A stretch of 63,681 bases of DNA, filler included, from Phoronis australis (lineage: Eukaryota > Animalia > Phoronida), in assembly GCA_002633005.1 (NCBI GenBank). It is 7 parts of 7 records of this genome, joined end to end, with 100 filler letters (N's around TTAATTAATTAA, not from the genome) between each part and the next. Parts side by side here need not be neighbours in the genome. Positions count along the whole stretch, not along the records: positions 1 to 17,574 come from NMRA01001259.1; positions 17,675 to 45,001 come from NMRA01001316.1; 5 more parts are not named here. The stretch is one strand, 5' to 3'. Below are positions 12,257 through 25,552 of this stretch, piece after piece; positions within the stretch are counted from its first letter, which is position 1, and every line of letters begins with the position of its first letter. Made by a program: the position numbers and the translations under genes. The notes below the pieces were generated by a model that worked only from the letters and a program-made list of their open reading frames with translations, did no database searches and was not told the DNA's origin.

Positions 12257-15200
12257 ATGACGTCAGTTGCTGAGGGACCAGCTATCTATGACAAGTTGCC
12301 GCTAGGTAGCGACATTAGTATAGTGACAACATCCTCATGTAAACAAGCGAAGACACGCCAGGCTACGACACAGGCCTCAGTGACTAAACTTACAAACAAG
12401 CTTAAGCATTTAATGAAGAACTCTGATAATCTTCATCTAGTGAAAGACGCTCTTTTAGAACTGGACAATAACATCAAGATTTTTATTGATGCTCATGAAT
12501 ACTACTTATCAGTTTTGAAACATGACAGTAGTAAGCAGTTGCTTAAAGAGAAATTCTCGTCAAAGATGGGTGATTTTGATTTGTTTAGACAGAGTGTGTT
12601 GTCGTGGATCGAAGAAACCGAGATTAACTCTCAGGACCTTATGGAATCCGTGTCTCAGATATCTAAACCTACTAAATCTTCCAGTTATCAGTCAAGTACA
12701 AGGAGTTCCAAGTTATCCCTGTTGAAGGCAAGGATACAAAGTGCTACTTTAGCAGCTGAGAAGGCATTACTCGAGCAGAGCTTGGCAGAAGAAGAGGCAC
12801 TGAAACAGCTACAGTGCGAACATAAATTGAAAAAACATCAGATGATGTCAGCATTGAACATGAAACTTGCAAAGGCTAAAGCTGAGGAGGACGTTTTAAA
12901 CGCAGACGATATGTCCTCGCGTTCAACACCGTCAAAGTCGCCGAAACCCCCTTTGCTGACTTCTTCTACCGGTCATGTTCCACTCGTTAAGCCAACTGTA
13001 TGTGATGTAATTGCAACTTCCGTTCAGCACAGTAGTTCGATGCCCAACGCACCTCATGCATGTGCACAGATCCCCTGCTCCCAACTGATGTCAGTGATGC
13101 GTCTACCCCAACTGAAACCTGTCAGGTTTGATGGCGACCCTAAAGCTTATCATACGTTTGTTGTGTCGTTCGATTCGCAGATTGCTTCATTGACAACCAA
13201 TCCCAGTGATCGATTGTTCTATCTGCACCAGTTTCTTGACGGTGATGCAAAAGAGCTTATAACTGGTTGTCTCTACATGGATAAGGATGAAGGCTACAAA
13301 CAAGCGCGTGCTATGCTAGAGAAAGAGTACGGAAATCCCTACAAAGTTGCGATGTCCTATGTTAATCGTATAGCATGTTGGCCGACGATCNTCGATTCGC
13401 AGATTGCTTCATTGACGGCCAATCCCAGTGATCGATTGTTCTATCTGCACCAGTTTCTTGACGGTGACGCAAAAGAGCTTATAACTGGTTGTCTCTACAT
13501 GGATAAGGATGAAGGCTACAAACAAGCGCGTGCTTTGCTAGAGAAAGACTACGGAAATCCCTACAAAGTTGCGATGTCCTATGTTAATCGTATAGCATGT
13601 TGGCCGACGATCAAACCAGACCACTTTATAGAGCTAAAGCGTTTTGCTACGTTCCTTACGCAATGTGAACAAGCAAGAAAGATGGTGCCAGACCTCGTCG
13701 TACTTGACCATACTCCGAATCTGCAAGAGATTCTCCAGAAGTTGCCGACGCACTTGCAGAACAGATGGCGGGAATCTGCAGCCAAAATACGTGCTCAGGG
13801 AAAGACCCCTGTGTTCGCCGATTTGTGTCACTTCGTTGTTGGAGCTGCCGAGGCAGCTAACGACCCAGCGTTTGGAAAAGAAGCATTGTTCAAAAGCAAA
13901 CCTGCTAGTGGGTTAACTAAAAACAGTTTTGTCACAGGTGTGAAGTCTGGTGGACCTCATTCGGACCCGTCGAAACAAGGAAGTGCTAATCCTGCGACAA
14001 CTAGTGGTGAAGTGACTTGCAACAGCAAGGACTGTATTTGCATATATTGCTTTCAAATGCATGATATTGATGATTGTTCAGACTTTGCTCAATTAAGCGT
14101 CGAGGAACGACGGAAGTTTGTGTCTGAAAAGAGGTTATGTTTTGCATGTTTTCAGAGTGGCCATGTGTCAAAGGGGTGCTCCCAAAAGCGCCAGTGCAAA
14201 GTTTGCTTGCAACGACATCCTACATTTTTACACGTGGATGGGTTCAACATCAACGCACAACGGAAGACATCAGCAGAAAAACTTCAAGCTAGCACTTGTC
14301 ATCTGAACGATTCTGACAACAAGGTCATATTTCATGCCATATTGCCTGTGAGGGTGCGACAGTTAGGGAATGACCACTCTGTTCTAACGTATGCATTTTA
14401 TGATAACGGTAGTAGTGGTTGTTTCATTACAGACGCACTGAAGAATGATCTGAACGCTTCAGCCGCAAAGGTGAACTTGGAGCTACAAACGATGCACGGC
14501 AGTAGTATAATCAAGTCATCTATCATCCGCGACTTAGAGGTTACAGACATCAATGGTGAGAATGCTATTGTCATCCATAAAGCTTACATAAGGGACGAAA
14601 TTCCTGTTGGTCACACTCAAGTCCCTAGGTCGGATGTCCTGTCTCGCATACATCACCTTAGTGAGANTTGTCATCTGAACGATTCTGACAACAAGGTCAT
14701 ATTTCATGCCATATTGCCAGTGAGGGTGCGACAGTTAGGGAATAACAACTCTGTTCTAACGTATGCATTTTATGATAACGGTAGTAGTGGTTGTTTCATT
14801 ACAGACGCACTGAAGAATGATCTGAACGCTTCAGCCGCAGAGGTGAACTTGGAGCTACAAACGATGCACGGCAGTAGTATAATCAAGTCATCTATCATCC
14901 GCGACTTAAAAGTTACAGACATCAAGGGTGAGAATGCTATTGTCATCCATAAAGCTTACACAAGGGACGAATTTCCTGTTGGTCACACTAAAGTCCCTAG
15001 GTCGGATGTCCTGTCTCGCATACATCACCTTAGTGAGATTGCTCCACTAATTCCTCCGTATTTTCCAGACCTCAATTTTGGGCTGCTGATCGGATCTAGT
15101 TGTGCTATGGCCCTGCAACCACTCAAGGTTGTCCCAGCCCGTGATGATGGTCCATATGCTATGCTGTTACATCATGGTTGGACGGTGAACGGCCCAGTGA

Positions 15201-17574
15201 GCGTCACTTCAAATTGCCAAGTTTCGCATCGCCAAGCGTGTTATGGTATTCAGGCTACCGAAGTTGTCAAAGAGGTACCACTTCCGGAACCAAGAGAATT
15301 CGTGAGTGCCTTGGAGTCTGATTTCAAAGGATGCTGTGTAGGTAATGTTCCTAACGAACGCGGGCCTTCCAGAGANTACATCATGGTTGGACGGTGAACG
15401 GCCCAGTGAGCGTCACTTCAAATTGCCAAGTTTCGCATCGCCAAGCGTGTTACGGCATTCAGGCTACCGAATTTGTCAAAGAGGTACCACTTCCGGAACC
15501 AAGGGAATTCGTGAGTGCCTTGGAGTCTGATTTCAAAGGATGCTGTGTAGGTAATGTTCCTAACGAACGCGGGCCTTTCAGAGACGACGAGCGTTTTATG
15601 AAGATTGTGGAGCGATTGGTTCAACAAGACGACGGTCATTTCGAGGTGCCACTGCCTCTGAGGACTGAAAGTATGGTGATGCCTAACAACCGTGCCCAAG
15701 CTGTGAAACGAGCAAGTTTTCAAAGGAAAAAGATGCTCAGTGACAAGAGTTATTTTGATGACTACAAGGCTTTTATCTACAAGCTGCTCACACATGGTTA
15801 CGCTGAAAAGGTTCCTCTTCACGAAGTTCAGCGTGACGGTGGTGCTGTCTGGTATTTGCCACACCATGGTGTTATTCATCCCCACAAGAAGAAACTTCGT
15901 GTAGTATTTGACTGTGCAGCCAGATATAAGAATATCCCACTGAATGATCAACTAATCCAAGGACCAGACCTTACTAACTCTGTGGTAGGTGTATTGCTAC
16001 GGTTCCGCGACGGTCCCGTCGCTTTTATGGCTGACATTGAAACGATGTTCTATCAGGTGCGTGTGCCAGAGTGTCAACGCGACTATCTCAGATTTGTGTG
16101 GTGGCCAGATGGTAATCTCCACGTGGCTCCTGAAGACTACCGTATGACAGTTCATTTNTGAAGACTGCCGTATGACAGTTCATTTGTTCGGGGCTTCGTC
16201 ATCACCGAGCGTCGCCAATTATTCCCTCCGGAAGACGTCTGAGAATTGTGACTCCGCTGTTGCTACAACCATAATGAGGAACTTTTACGTCGATGACAGT
16301 CTGAAAGCTGTAGCCAATGATGAAGACGCCATTGACTTGGTTAAGAGGTTGTGTTCCGCTTGCGCCAGTGGTGGTTTTCGTCTTACGAAGTTCACTAGTA
16401 ACAGTCATGCTGTATTGAATTCTATTCCAGCCGAGGAACGCTCCTGAGAGCTACAGACAATAGATTTGGACAAAAATTGTGACGACCTACCCAACGAGCG
16501 AGCTTTAGGTATCCAGTGGAAGATTTCGTCTGATCTGGTTGGGTTTGCTATATCCGTCAAAGCGAAATACCTTACTAGAAGATGTCTCTTGTCGACGATT
16601 GCATCAGTGTATGACCCTCTCGGAATATTTAGCGCCGTTTGTACTTCCGGACAAGATGATTCTGCAAGACTTGTGCAAACAGAATGAGTTGCAGTGGGAC
16701 GAAGACATCCCAGAACCTCACAAGTCTCGGTGTTTGAAGTGGCTGGGCGAATTACCCCGGATGGAAGAAGTTTGCTGTCCCCGTAATTACTTCCCAGAAG
16801 ATTTTGGTACCATAGTTTCACGTCAGTTACATGTATTTTCTGACGCGAGCGCCAGTGGTTATGGATGTTGTGCGTATTTAAGGTTTGTTAATGCCAGTAA
16901 CCATTGCTGTCTCGTTTTAGGGAAAAGCAGAGTGGCTCCTTTAAGACGAATGACCATCCCTAAGCTGGAGTTGACCGCATCTGCTGTGTCACTTCAAATT
17001 GGACGAATGGTATGACGAGCGCCAGTGGTTATGGATGTTGTGCGTATTTAAGATTTGTTAATGCCAGTAACCATGCACATTGCTGTCTCGTCTTAGGGGA
17101 AAGCAGAGTGGCTCCCTTAAGACGAATGACCATCCCTAAGCTGGTGTTGACCGCAGCTGCTGTGTCACTTCAAATTGGACGAATGGTATGCAAGGAGTTG
17201 GACCTGCCGCCCAGCAATGTTACGTACCATACCGATTCTATGGCTGTACTATATTACCTGCATAGTACCAGTGGGCGATTTCCAGTATTTGTCACTAACC
17301 ACATACAGCAAATACACGACTTCAGCGACCCGTCCCAGTGGAAGTACGTTTACAGGGAGAGTAATCCTGCGGATGGTGCATATCGTGGACTGGACGCTCA
17401 GAAGTTTCTCACTTTCGACGAATGGTTCATGGGGCCTTCATTTCTTTGGACACCGGAATGTTCGTTTGTGCAACCAGTCGAGTTTCCTGCTCCTAATAAT
17501 CCCTGCAGCGGGGCCGCTGTTCAGTCGAGCACAGTGACTGTGACGGAGTTTTCTGATGGTTTTGCAAAACTGAT
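12257..17574 (+). mobile_element. BEL/Pao LTR retrotransposon gag-pol (gag, protease, RT, RNase H); integrase and 3' LTR lost at the contig end
   Basis: Gag motif FDGDPKAY..F...F; CCHC knuckles (CIYCFQMHDIDDC, CFACFQSGHVSKGC, CKVCLQRHPTFLH); protease YAFYDNGSSGCFI; RT WYLPHHGV..KLRVVFDCAA, ADIETMFYQV, FYVDD; RNase H QLHVFSDASASGYG, KSRVAP..TIPKLEL. Stop at about 16445 and frameshifts. Confidence 0.95.
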
Positions 17575-17674
17575 NNNNNNNNNNNNNNNNNNNNNNNNNN
17601 NNNNNNNNNNNNNNNNNNTTAATTAATTAANNNNNNNNNNNNNNNNNNNNNNNNNNNNNNNNNNNNNNNNNNNN
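17575..17674. other. Synthetic assembly spacer N44-TTAATTAATTAA-N44; identical copies at 45002-45101, 50753-50852, 54133-54232, 58564-58663 and 61885-61984
   Basis: The same 100-bp structure occurs six times; the core is a palindrome giving stops in all six frames. Confidence 0.97.
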
Positions 17675-17749
17675 ATTTAGACCCCCTTAAAAAGAGACAC
17701 GGGTCATTTTTTAATATTAAAAACTGATATTAAAATTGACCTATGGCAT

Positions 17750-18715
17750 CGCCATTTTTCTCATATTTGCATCGTGTTTTCCAACATCTTTCCTTCGGAT
17801 GTTGAGATCGTCAGCTATACAGACAGTGCCATCGAGACCGCGTCTAGTGCTTCCAACAACTTCGTCTGGAATATCTCACATGAAACTGGCAGACGAAAAG
17901 AAAGATTCCTCTAGCTATAACGGACTCAAGTGGTGTTTGAGAAGTCGCCAGGAGACGCGATTGTTCATCGAGCTAAATATGCCAAAATCTTGATGCAAGG
18001 TCTTCTCTGAAGAAAAATTTAGATTTCCCAAGTTCATGTGTTTGGTTATTCAGCCATGGCAGAGCAGAGTGTTCTCTCATGAGACTCTTGTTAAGTTCGC
18101 GAGGGTCTATATTGATTCGTAGTTCACCTGACTTCCTAGTGGTGACTGCCAGCTGGTTTTCCCAAGGAGTAGGGTCATCAACTGTTGCAATGATCTCCAT
18201 GCTGTCTAATCTGTCCAATTCAGTGCGCAGTCGATGTTTAAATGACAGTGGGATGCATCGTGTTGACATGAGTTTGAAACAGTTAACTCCCGAATGCCGA
18301 ATGTGCAATTTGACAGGACCTTCCAGGCAGCCCATAGGGGAGTCGAAGACGTCTTGGTACTCATCGACCAGAGGTTCAGCCATCAGTTTGGCTATGTTCT
18401 CTTGCTTGACTTTAACAAGGTTCATACCTAGTGGAGCTTTGTAGCCCAGAGGTGGCTGTCGGTCACCTATAGTAACCTCAAACTCTAACGAGTACCGTTT
18501 GCTGTTCTAGGGATTGCATACAATAGTACGGCATGGGATTCGGCTTGGGAACCATTCCAGAACTCTAAGGGTGGATCATTGTATTGCGCAATGTGGTTGA
18601 CATATTTTGCAGGTATGGTGTTGACTCTATCCCCTGGCTCAACGTGAATGTTAACGGTCTTCCCATCCACACTCATGTCAGCGTAGATTGCGTCTGGCGA
18701 CTTGCGTAAAGCAGT
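17750..18715 (-). mobile_element. Degenerate Ty3/Gypsy pol relic (protease and RT)
   Basis: Protease-like IYADMSVDGKTVNIHVEPGDRVNTIP; RT ELDRLDSMEII, PTPW, LRINIDPRELNK, DLASRFWHI, EIFQ and VCIADD motifs. Confidence 0.85.
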
Positions 18716-18718
18716 AAA

Positions 18719-19044
18719 ATATTGGGCGTTAAGGAGAGAAACCTTCAAACAGAACTGCTTACACACAACGACATCAGTTTGAACCAAAGCATAGAAATTT
18801 TCAAGGCATAGGAGTGTGTCTCCACCCGGGCTGCTTCTTTCCAATCGGAAATTGTCCACAGTATGCGAAAGCTGCGGTTCAGAGCACATCAGGGATAAGA
18901 AAACCTGTCTTGAATGGAAACAGCAGTGTCCCAAATGCCAGAAGAGACACCACTTTCCTCATGTTTGCATGTCCAACACGGGGTCCAAGCCTGCTCCCCG
19001 TAGAATGTTGCAACTCAACCAAAGTGGCTCACCAATCGATATTC
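18719..19044 (+). mobile_element. Gypsy gag C-terminal relic with double zinc knuckle, opposite in orientation to the adjacent pol
   Basis: ILGVKERNLQTELL...SLNQSIEIFKA*E, then CESCGSEH....C.....CPKCQKRHHFPHVC on the + strand. Confidence 0.75.
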
Positions 19045-19579
19045 TTGACACTGACCAAGCTGGGGTGAATGTTGACACTGACCAAGCTGGGGTGAAATGG
19101 TGCTGCTTGAGTTGTGTTTGTCCTGTAGCACCATTTGTTAGAAGATTTTCAAGAGATGGCAAGGTAAACCCAAGTCTCCGTGCGAGGCGCTCGAGGAGTG
19201 ACGTCACACAAAACGGCGGGGAAGGTGGTGGTTACTGACTAACCAACCGCTGGGATAGGTTCCTTGGGCTGTGAAAACGTCTTCATCCAACAAGCAACAA
19301 ACAGCCATACACACAAATATTTTCGAGAAATTCCCTTCACTGAGTCTCTAGATATGCTTCGCAAAGAACTCATCTGTGCCGTGCGCAGAAACATGAGTCA
19401 AGTCCTACACTCGGCTAACATTTGGGGTTTTGTTACGCCAACGCCTAAAGCGAGTCAAAGCAAGGCAATGGTTAAACTGCCCTAATCAATTTAATGTAAT
19501 GCTCCTGGCCTAGTAGCGAAACTGAAGAAAACCTAGTCCCTGCCTTCTCCTATAACGCATCGAATTAAGAAATTGAAAG

Positions 19580-19745
19580 ACGGCTTCTTTTAAACTGAGG
19601 ACACAGTAATTCTGTGTCCATTCTCAAAATAGTGTACGCAGTACTCCCTATAAATACAATCTGACCTGGACAAACACTGGCTGTTCTCATAAATGGGGGA
19701 TGAAATTTAAACCTGAAAAAGTGTTGATTTAACATTTTCTAAATC
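19580..19745 (+). mobile_element. Short LINE RT C-terminal relic
   Basis: Resembles the RT stretch at about 22680-22830 (.DDT..., LQ.DL...W...W.MKF.PEK pattern), heavily decayed. Confidence 0.45.
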
Positions 19746-20096
19746 TAGCAACTGTGCCCTGTGGGTTCTGGTATAAAAGGGTTGGTGTAATAATACTATA
19801 CTTACGGTTCTCCGGAAGTTTATAAGGACTACTCGGGTGAAAGCTAAAACGGCCGGGAGTCTAACGATCTCCGGGAGGTGATCTGTTAACGACTTGGAAA
19901 TTTATAATTTGCCAGAACTATCAAGACAAGTGAATGCGTGGAATGTATTTTATTTGTATCTTTTGTAAGCTTCATGAAACATTAAGACGAGTAAATAGAC
20001 TTAACTTGAAATTTTCATTCAGTTTGTAGTCACACATTGTCATGCATTGTATGTCTGATTCTCTCAACGCCATGTGTTGTAGCGAGACAAGGGAAG

Positions 20097-20696
20097 TCAG
20101 GGCTGTGATGACCGGGTCGGTTTTGGTGGTGATGGCGTCGTGAGGCGCCCGAAAAGTGTCCGTGTTGCCGGTGTTATGCACTCGATCTTCAAGTCGCACG
20201 TAGTCTTGTCGTCAACAATGTTACACCAGGGAGGTGGCTTGACAACACCGGCTAGTGCTTTCCCATATCTGCAAAAGAAGAGTTCTTCATTGATGAGGGC
20301 CAATCAGCATGTAGCTGTTTTCAGTACTGGCTGCTGGCCACAAGTTCACGCACCGTTGCAACTTCACTTGACTAATTTGCTTGGATTGCCATCAGATGAA
20401 ACCACGAAAACAGTACTGCATGGCCTTTATCCGAATATATAAAGTATGTGGTTCTCTATGACTGTAACCTATTCGGGATCGCTGCATTTTAAGCCAGTGT
20501 TCCCAGAAAGTGCCTTACTAATTAACTAGCCATAACCATGTGATATGGCTCCAGCTGATATCCACATTACGCTAGGACTCCATCCCTTAGAGAACTCAAA
20601 CATCGTCTGCGGCATTTCGAGAGTGCGGCATTGACTGTTGATCGTGTGGATGTCAAATTTCAAAGCTTAAATCCCGTTAAAATCGCAAAATATGTT

Positions 20697-20736
<40 letters not shown>

Positions 20737-20765
20737 GTATATGTGTGTATGTGTATGTGTATGTG

Positions 20766-20834
<69 letters not shown>

Positions 20835-23800
20835 TGTATCATGTCAATATACAAGGAATTTGTACCCCCGCGTTATTTGAAATCGGTTTTATGTGGCACA
20901 AGAGTCGAAAAAATATATCACCCCATTTATGAATTACGGAAGCATTTAAGATTGTTAATGGCATCACATTTTTGTGTACGTGGTTTCAAGAGAATTCCAT
21001 ATTCGTTTCCATTTGCTCTGCCTAGAAGTAAACAGATCTTGACTGGGGAATCTCCAGGAAAACCCCCGTTAGTTGTATAGTTATCATTAGTTGAATGCTG
21101 CTGGACAAGGAATCAGCATTGGCATTTTTTGTTGACGTGATGATTAACTTTTAATCATGTCAAATGCTGAAGTAACAAACTACAATTCGATAGGACACAA
21201 GCGTAGCTAAATATATATATATCGCAGTAGGGGAGATAAGTACGAGTGGGGTTTACGCCGCCTGGCTTACGCACATCACTTCGCATTGATACAACTGATC
21301 GTTGTTACAGTTATGTTTGGAGAGACCTGTGGACTCAATCTATCTTCCTGAGTACGGTAACAAATATTGCATGTACTTACCCGCAGCATTGTCCACCGCC
21401 GCATTTCATACAGATGGGAGGGCCGAATCGTTTTGGCTCCGTGCCACACGAGTAGTTCCGCCCGAACAATATGACTTCGCACCCGCCATTAGTCTTCCAA
21501 ACTTGAAATATAAGTTAGGAATGAAAAGTGGTGAATATCAATTATAATTTTGACGTTTACTGGTTTCATAATGTTCTCCTATTTTATATTGATCGATTAG
21601 ACTTATTGTAGGCCTACTATGACTACGCCGCTCCATCATCAGTATGCGCGCACCCAGCCTAAAATATAGGGGGATCGAATTTTTTGGTATGGGGACCTTT
21701 TACTGAAAAAATCAAAGAACACTAAAAAACGGACCACTAGGGTCAGGCCTACGAATTGTGCATCCGCGCCGAATTCCTGTGCACTTTGTGGACTTTTGTG
21801 TCTCCTTTACTCGGACTGTTACTTTCACTGAGGCTGACCTTTTTGCCTGGGTGCGCCCATGATCAGCAAGAAAAGTGATTTCTGAGAACAGCCCAACGCG
21901 GAATCGAACTCGACGCAGCTCACTTTGATGTCGGACTCGAGTTCCCGGCACCCGATAACTGGTTGGGTATCTTAAAGCAGGCATTCAGGGTTGAGCCAAC
22001 GTCAAAGTCGTATTCACTAACATCAACAGTATCAAGACGAACTTGTATTCAAGATTTGCGCTTCTCAAGCAGTTTATTTTTGACACCAATTACATGATCA
22101 TAGACATATGTGAATCCGGAACGGTGTCCGAAGACAACATCGGTACACTTCTTATTCCAGGATACATTCCCTATCACACTAACGCCGAGATAGGAATGAC
22201 CTTATTCGTCCACAACTCCGTAAACTACAAAACTATCAACATTAAAATTATACAACTAATGAAGAGAAGTTGGATTGAACTTTAGGTCAACTACAGAAAG
22301 AAATATTAAGGTTTTTTGCTACCGTTCACCCTCACAGACGTCTCGTGAAAGGAAAGCATATTTCGGACGGAATAATAGCAAGAACTTTCACAAACTAATA
22401 CAACAATTGCTGTCAACGGGGATTTCAACGAAAGAAACAGTACTTGGTATTCAGATGACAATGACAACCAAGTCGTTTTCGAATTATTCGATTTACTCCT
22501 CTCAAAGGACTGCCTCAACCTCACTCACTGGAATGGCCGGGTTGAAATTAAATGTAGTTAGTAGGCTCATCAACACCAGGTTTCGTAAATGCTGGAGTAC
22601 CACCGCGTAGCGTGCTAGGCCCCTTACTGGTTTTACTGTACATCAGTGATATTCTAGACACCATAACCATAAACTCTAAAACATTCTTACATTCTAATGA
22701 CACTGCAATTTTCTACCCATCCTCAAAAGAGCATCTCCACGAACTCCTTACAATTACAAACTGACCTGAACAACATGTATGACTGATCTCACAAATGGAA
22801 AGTGAAACGGAAACCTGAAAAGTGTTCATCTTATATTTTCTAAGTCTAATAACACCCCCTTCCAAACAAATCCAATGCTGGACCTATCACTCAATGGGGA
22901 GGTTAGTCCCAATAAGTTCACACACAAACATCTTGGCTTGCTACTAGACCATAAGCTTACATTTACTCCTCATTGTCACGAACTCGTTCATAAAGTACAA
23001 AAATTAATTAATTCAATTAGAATTGTCTCTCGTCATCTCAACTCGATGCATCGTGAAACTCTGTTCAAGTCTTTTGTACTCCCACATCTAGATTACAGTG
23101 ACATAATTTACCAATCGGCAAACGCGGGCATACTTCTTCAATTAGAAATGCTACAATACCAAGCAGCTTTAGCCATAACAGGAGCATACAAAGGGTCTAG
23201 TCTCAACTGGAGCAAACTAGCAACCCGTCGTAAACTCCACCTGTCCATGTATACATTCAAACTCTTATACAAGAAAAACAAATTTTGAAAACAAAATCCT
23301 CTTTGATACGTACCTACAAAAGACTTAACACAAGACCAGAACTGCTACAAAGTAATATATACACTTTCCCACCTTCCCTCAGCCAAGCCTACAGGAGATC
23401 TACGATAATAACTTGTATTGACAACTGGAATTCCTTATCAACCAAATTAAAAGAAAGTACTTCAATCGTCACTCTCAAAAATAACTTTAAAGTACCAGTC
23501 CCACTGACATCATTCCAACTTCCTCGCAACCAAGAAATAATCTTATTCCGACCAAGATGCGGACAATTCCTAAACAACGACAAATTTAGACACAATTTTA
23601 ATATTTCACGTCTGTGTTCCTGTGGATACACTCAGACAAATGGTTAAATTTACTTTGCAGCACCACGTTTCAAGACACTCGAACAATACCCGAATGTTTA
23701 CAATAATATCCAAATGTATAGCAATTTGTTTCTAAATGAATGTAAAGAAATCGATCTAAATGAAAATAAAGTTCGTGATTTGCAATGAAATCAGAAAAAC

Positions 23801-24236
23801 AACGACTTTTGATATTTTATAATCTAGTCAAAATTAATAATCGTTAAATGTCAATTCTCCTAACATTAATCTCCAAAAAACATTATTCGGTTGTAAAACC
23901 ACCTGCTCCAATCTTCCTCCCTAACGGTCCGTATGCATGTTAGCACCGTCCTTTTGTCACGAGCGCAATACTTTTCTTCCGTGCTGTATTTTTTCTCATC
24001 AATCACAAATCAGTTTTACTATCTCCGTTAATTTCTTCTAAGCCGCTTTTTGAGTCAATAGCAATTCCTTGTACATAAACAGAACTTTTTTTCATGACGT
24101 ACCACGGCACGACAAAATACAAACATACAGTCAAAATACCAGATCTTCTACTAAGCAGAATACAGCATTCTGTCGCCAGAAAACACATCTGTTTACCGGT
24201 TAAATATAATGATGATGATGATGATGATGATGATGT

Positions 24237-24305
<69 letters not shown>

Positions 24306-25248
24306 CGGTGACGGTGACGATGACGATGACGATGACTGTGATGATTGTGATAATGATGATAATGATGATGATGACGATGACTGTGATGATGGTGATGATG
24401 AATAATAATAATATGATAGTGATGATAATAATAATGATGATAATGATAATGGTATTGATAGTGATACTTATACTGATACTGATAGATTGTGATACTGACA
24501 ATGATCATGATAATAATAACAACAATTCCAATAGGTGCGTCACGTGACCATTCCTCGTGAATACGTCTCAGATCAACTGTAGACTTCGTCCCCCGGGCTA
24601 AGAACTCGAATGATTTTTAAAGTGGAAGCTAAACAAAACGAAACGCAGCTTTAAGTCGTGTACAAGCGACAGATCGACAGTACACGAAGTGGGGACAGTG
24701 GTGATCAGTGTTGCCTTGCCTTTGCATTCTTTTCAAGAATGGTCTATAAACCGTCCTTATGTCCCAAAACCAATTTTTGATTAACGTCGGTATCAAATTC
24801 TCCCTTAACCAAAATGATTATCATTGCTGAGATTGGAAGAAACCGTATTGTTTGAGATCATTCTCTGTTAGAAGCTGACTTGTCACAATAAATTATCATT
24901 TCGTTATTCGTCATGCGCGCGTGGTCTTGAGGACTAAGGGGCTGCCAGTTCTTTGCATGCTGAAAATCGTTTCTGATGTGGTTGAGTAACAAGTTGAGAC
25001 AATTTTATCGCGACGGGAGATCTAAATAAAGATTAAGGTTCTTCAACACAATGAGTGTTCATTGCCGTTTGAAACATTATTTACTGCAGTCGTAACTGTT
25101 TACGCGCACTTCCAACGCACAACGTTGCATTTAAATGTCATTTTTAAATCCTACCACGATCAATTGCAAAACAAGCCCCGGTGGCTTCTCCAACAAAGAG
25201 GAGGCACGTCATTCCCACCAATCCCAGCACCAACCGAATTGTGTTCAT
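20097..25248 (-). CDS. Three-exon gene for a 128-aa secreted cysteine-rich protein, beta-microseminoprotein (MSMB/PSP94)-like; exons 25248-25155, 21501-21381, 20268-20097
   Basis: Spliced product [132 protein letters not shown] introns in matching phases 1 and 2; hydrophobic leader; 10 Cys in the mature part; minus-strand AATAAA at 19949-19954. Family call rests on Cys spacing only. Confidence 0.75.
20697..20832. repeat. Compound (TA)n/(TATGTG)n microsatellite in intron 2 of the Cys-rich gene
   Basis: Directly visible. Confidence 0.97.
22000..23900 (+). mobile_element. Degenerate, internally deleted CR1/L2-like LINE in intron 1 of the Cys-rich gene
   Basis: Endonuclease start VVFTNINSI; GDFN motif near 22420; RT C-terminal [34 protein letters not shown] and CSCG. 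Confidence 0.8.
24207..24525. repeat. (GAT)n microsatellite grading into GAC/AAT variants
   Basis: Directly visible. Confidence 0.97.
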
Positions 25249-25310
25249 CGTGGACACGTCTTCGTCAACAGCTGTCGAAGGTCTGGTTCACGAATGATCA
25301 TTCCGCGGTA

Positions 25311-25316
25311 CTTATA
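25311..25316 (-). promoter_or_regulatory. Candidate TATA box of the Cys-rich secreted protein gene
   Basis: TATAAG on the minus strand about 65 bp upstream of the ATG at 25248. Confidence 0.3.
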
Positions 25317-25552
25317 CGACAAAGATAACGTGCTATCATTTTTCTTCACACTGAATTTTCCATGTGGTAGTCAGTGTAAAATTGAAAGAAGCATATGATT
25401 GTTTCACACGAGATGATATTCGACAAAAAAGTCAAGGCCCGATTTCGGGGATTGTTTTAGGAGCGCGCCTCTCGTCATCGGATACAAAAATAATGTCATT
25501 GGCGCACTGTGATTTCTTAACTCGGGCTAACGGGACTATTAAAGTTGGAAGT

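Noticed and set aside
12257-15397. Novel retroelement with duplicated gag and protease domains
   Set aside because: The duplications sit at single-N junctions and are best explained as unmerged overlaps.
20631-21080. YI-repeat ORFs
   Set aside because: Translations of a (TA)n microsatellite.
24094-24547. Poly-Asp, poly-His and poly-Met ORFs suggesting an acidic biomineral protein
   Set aside because: An intronic (GAT)n microsatellite, open in several frames, with no signal peptide or splice support.
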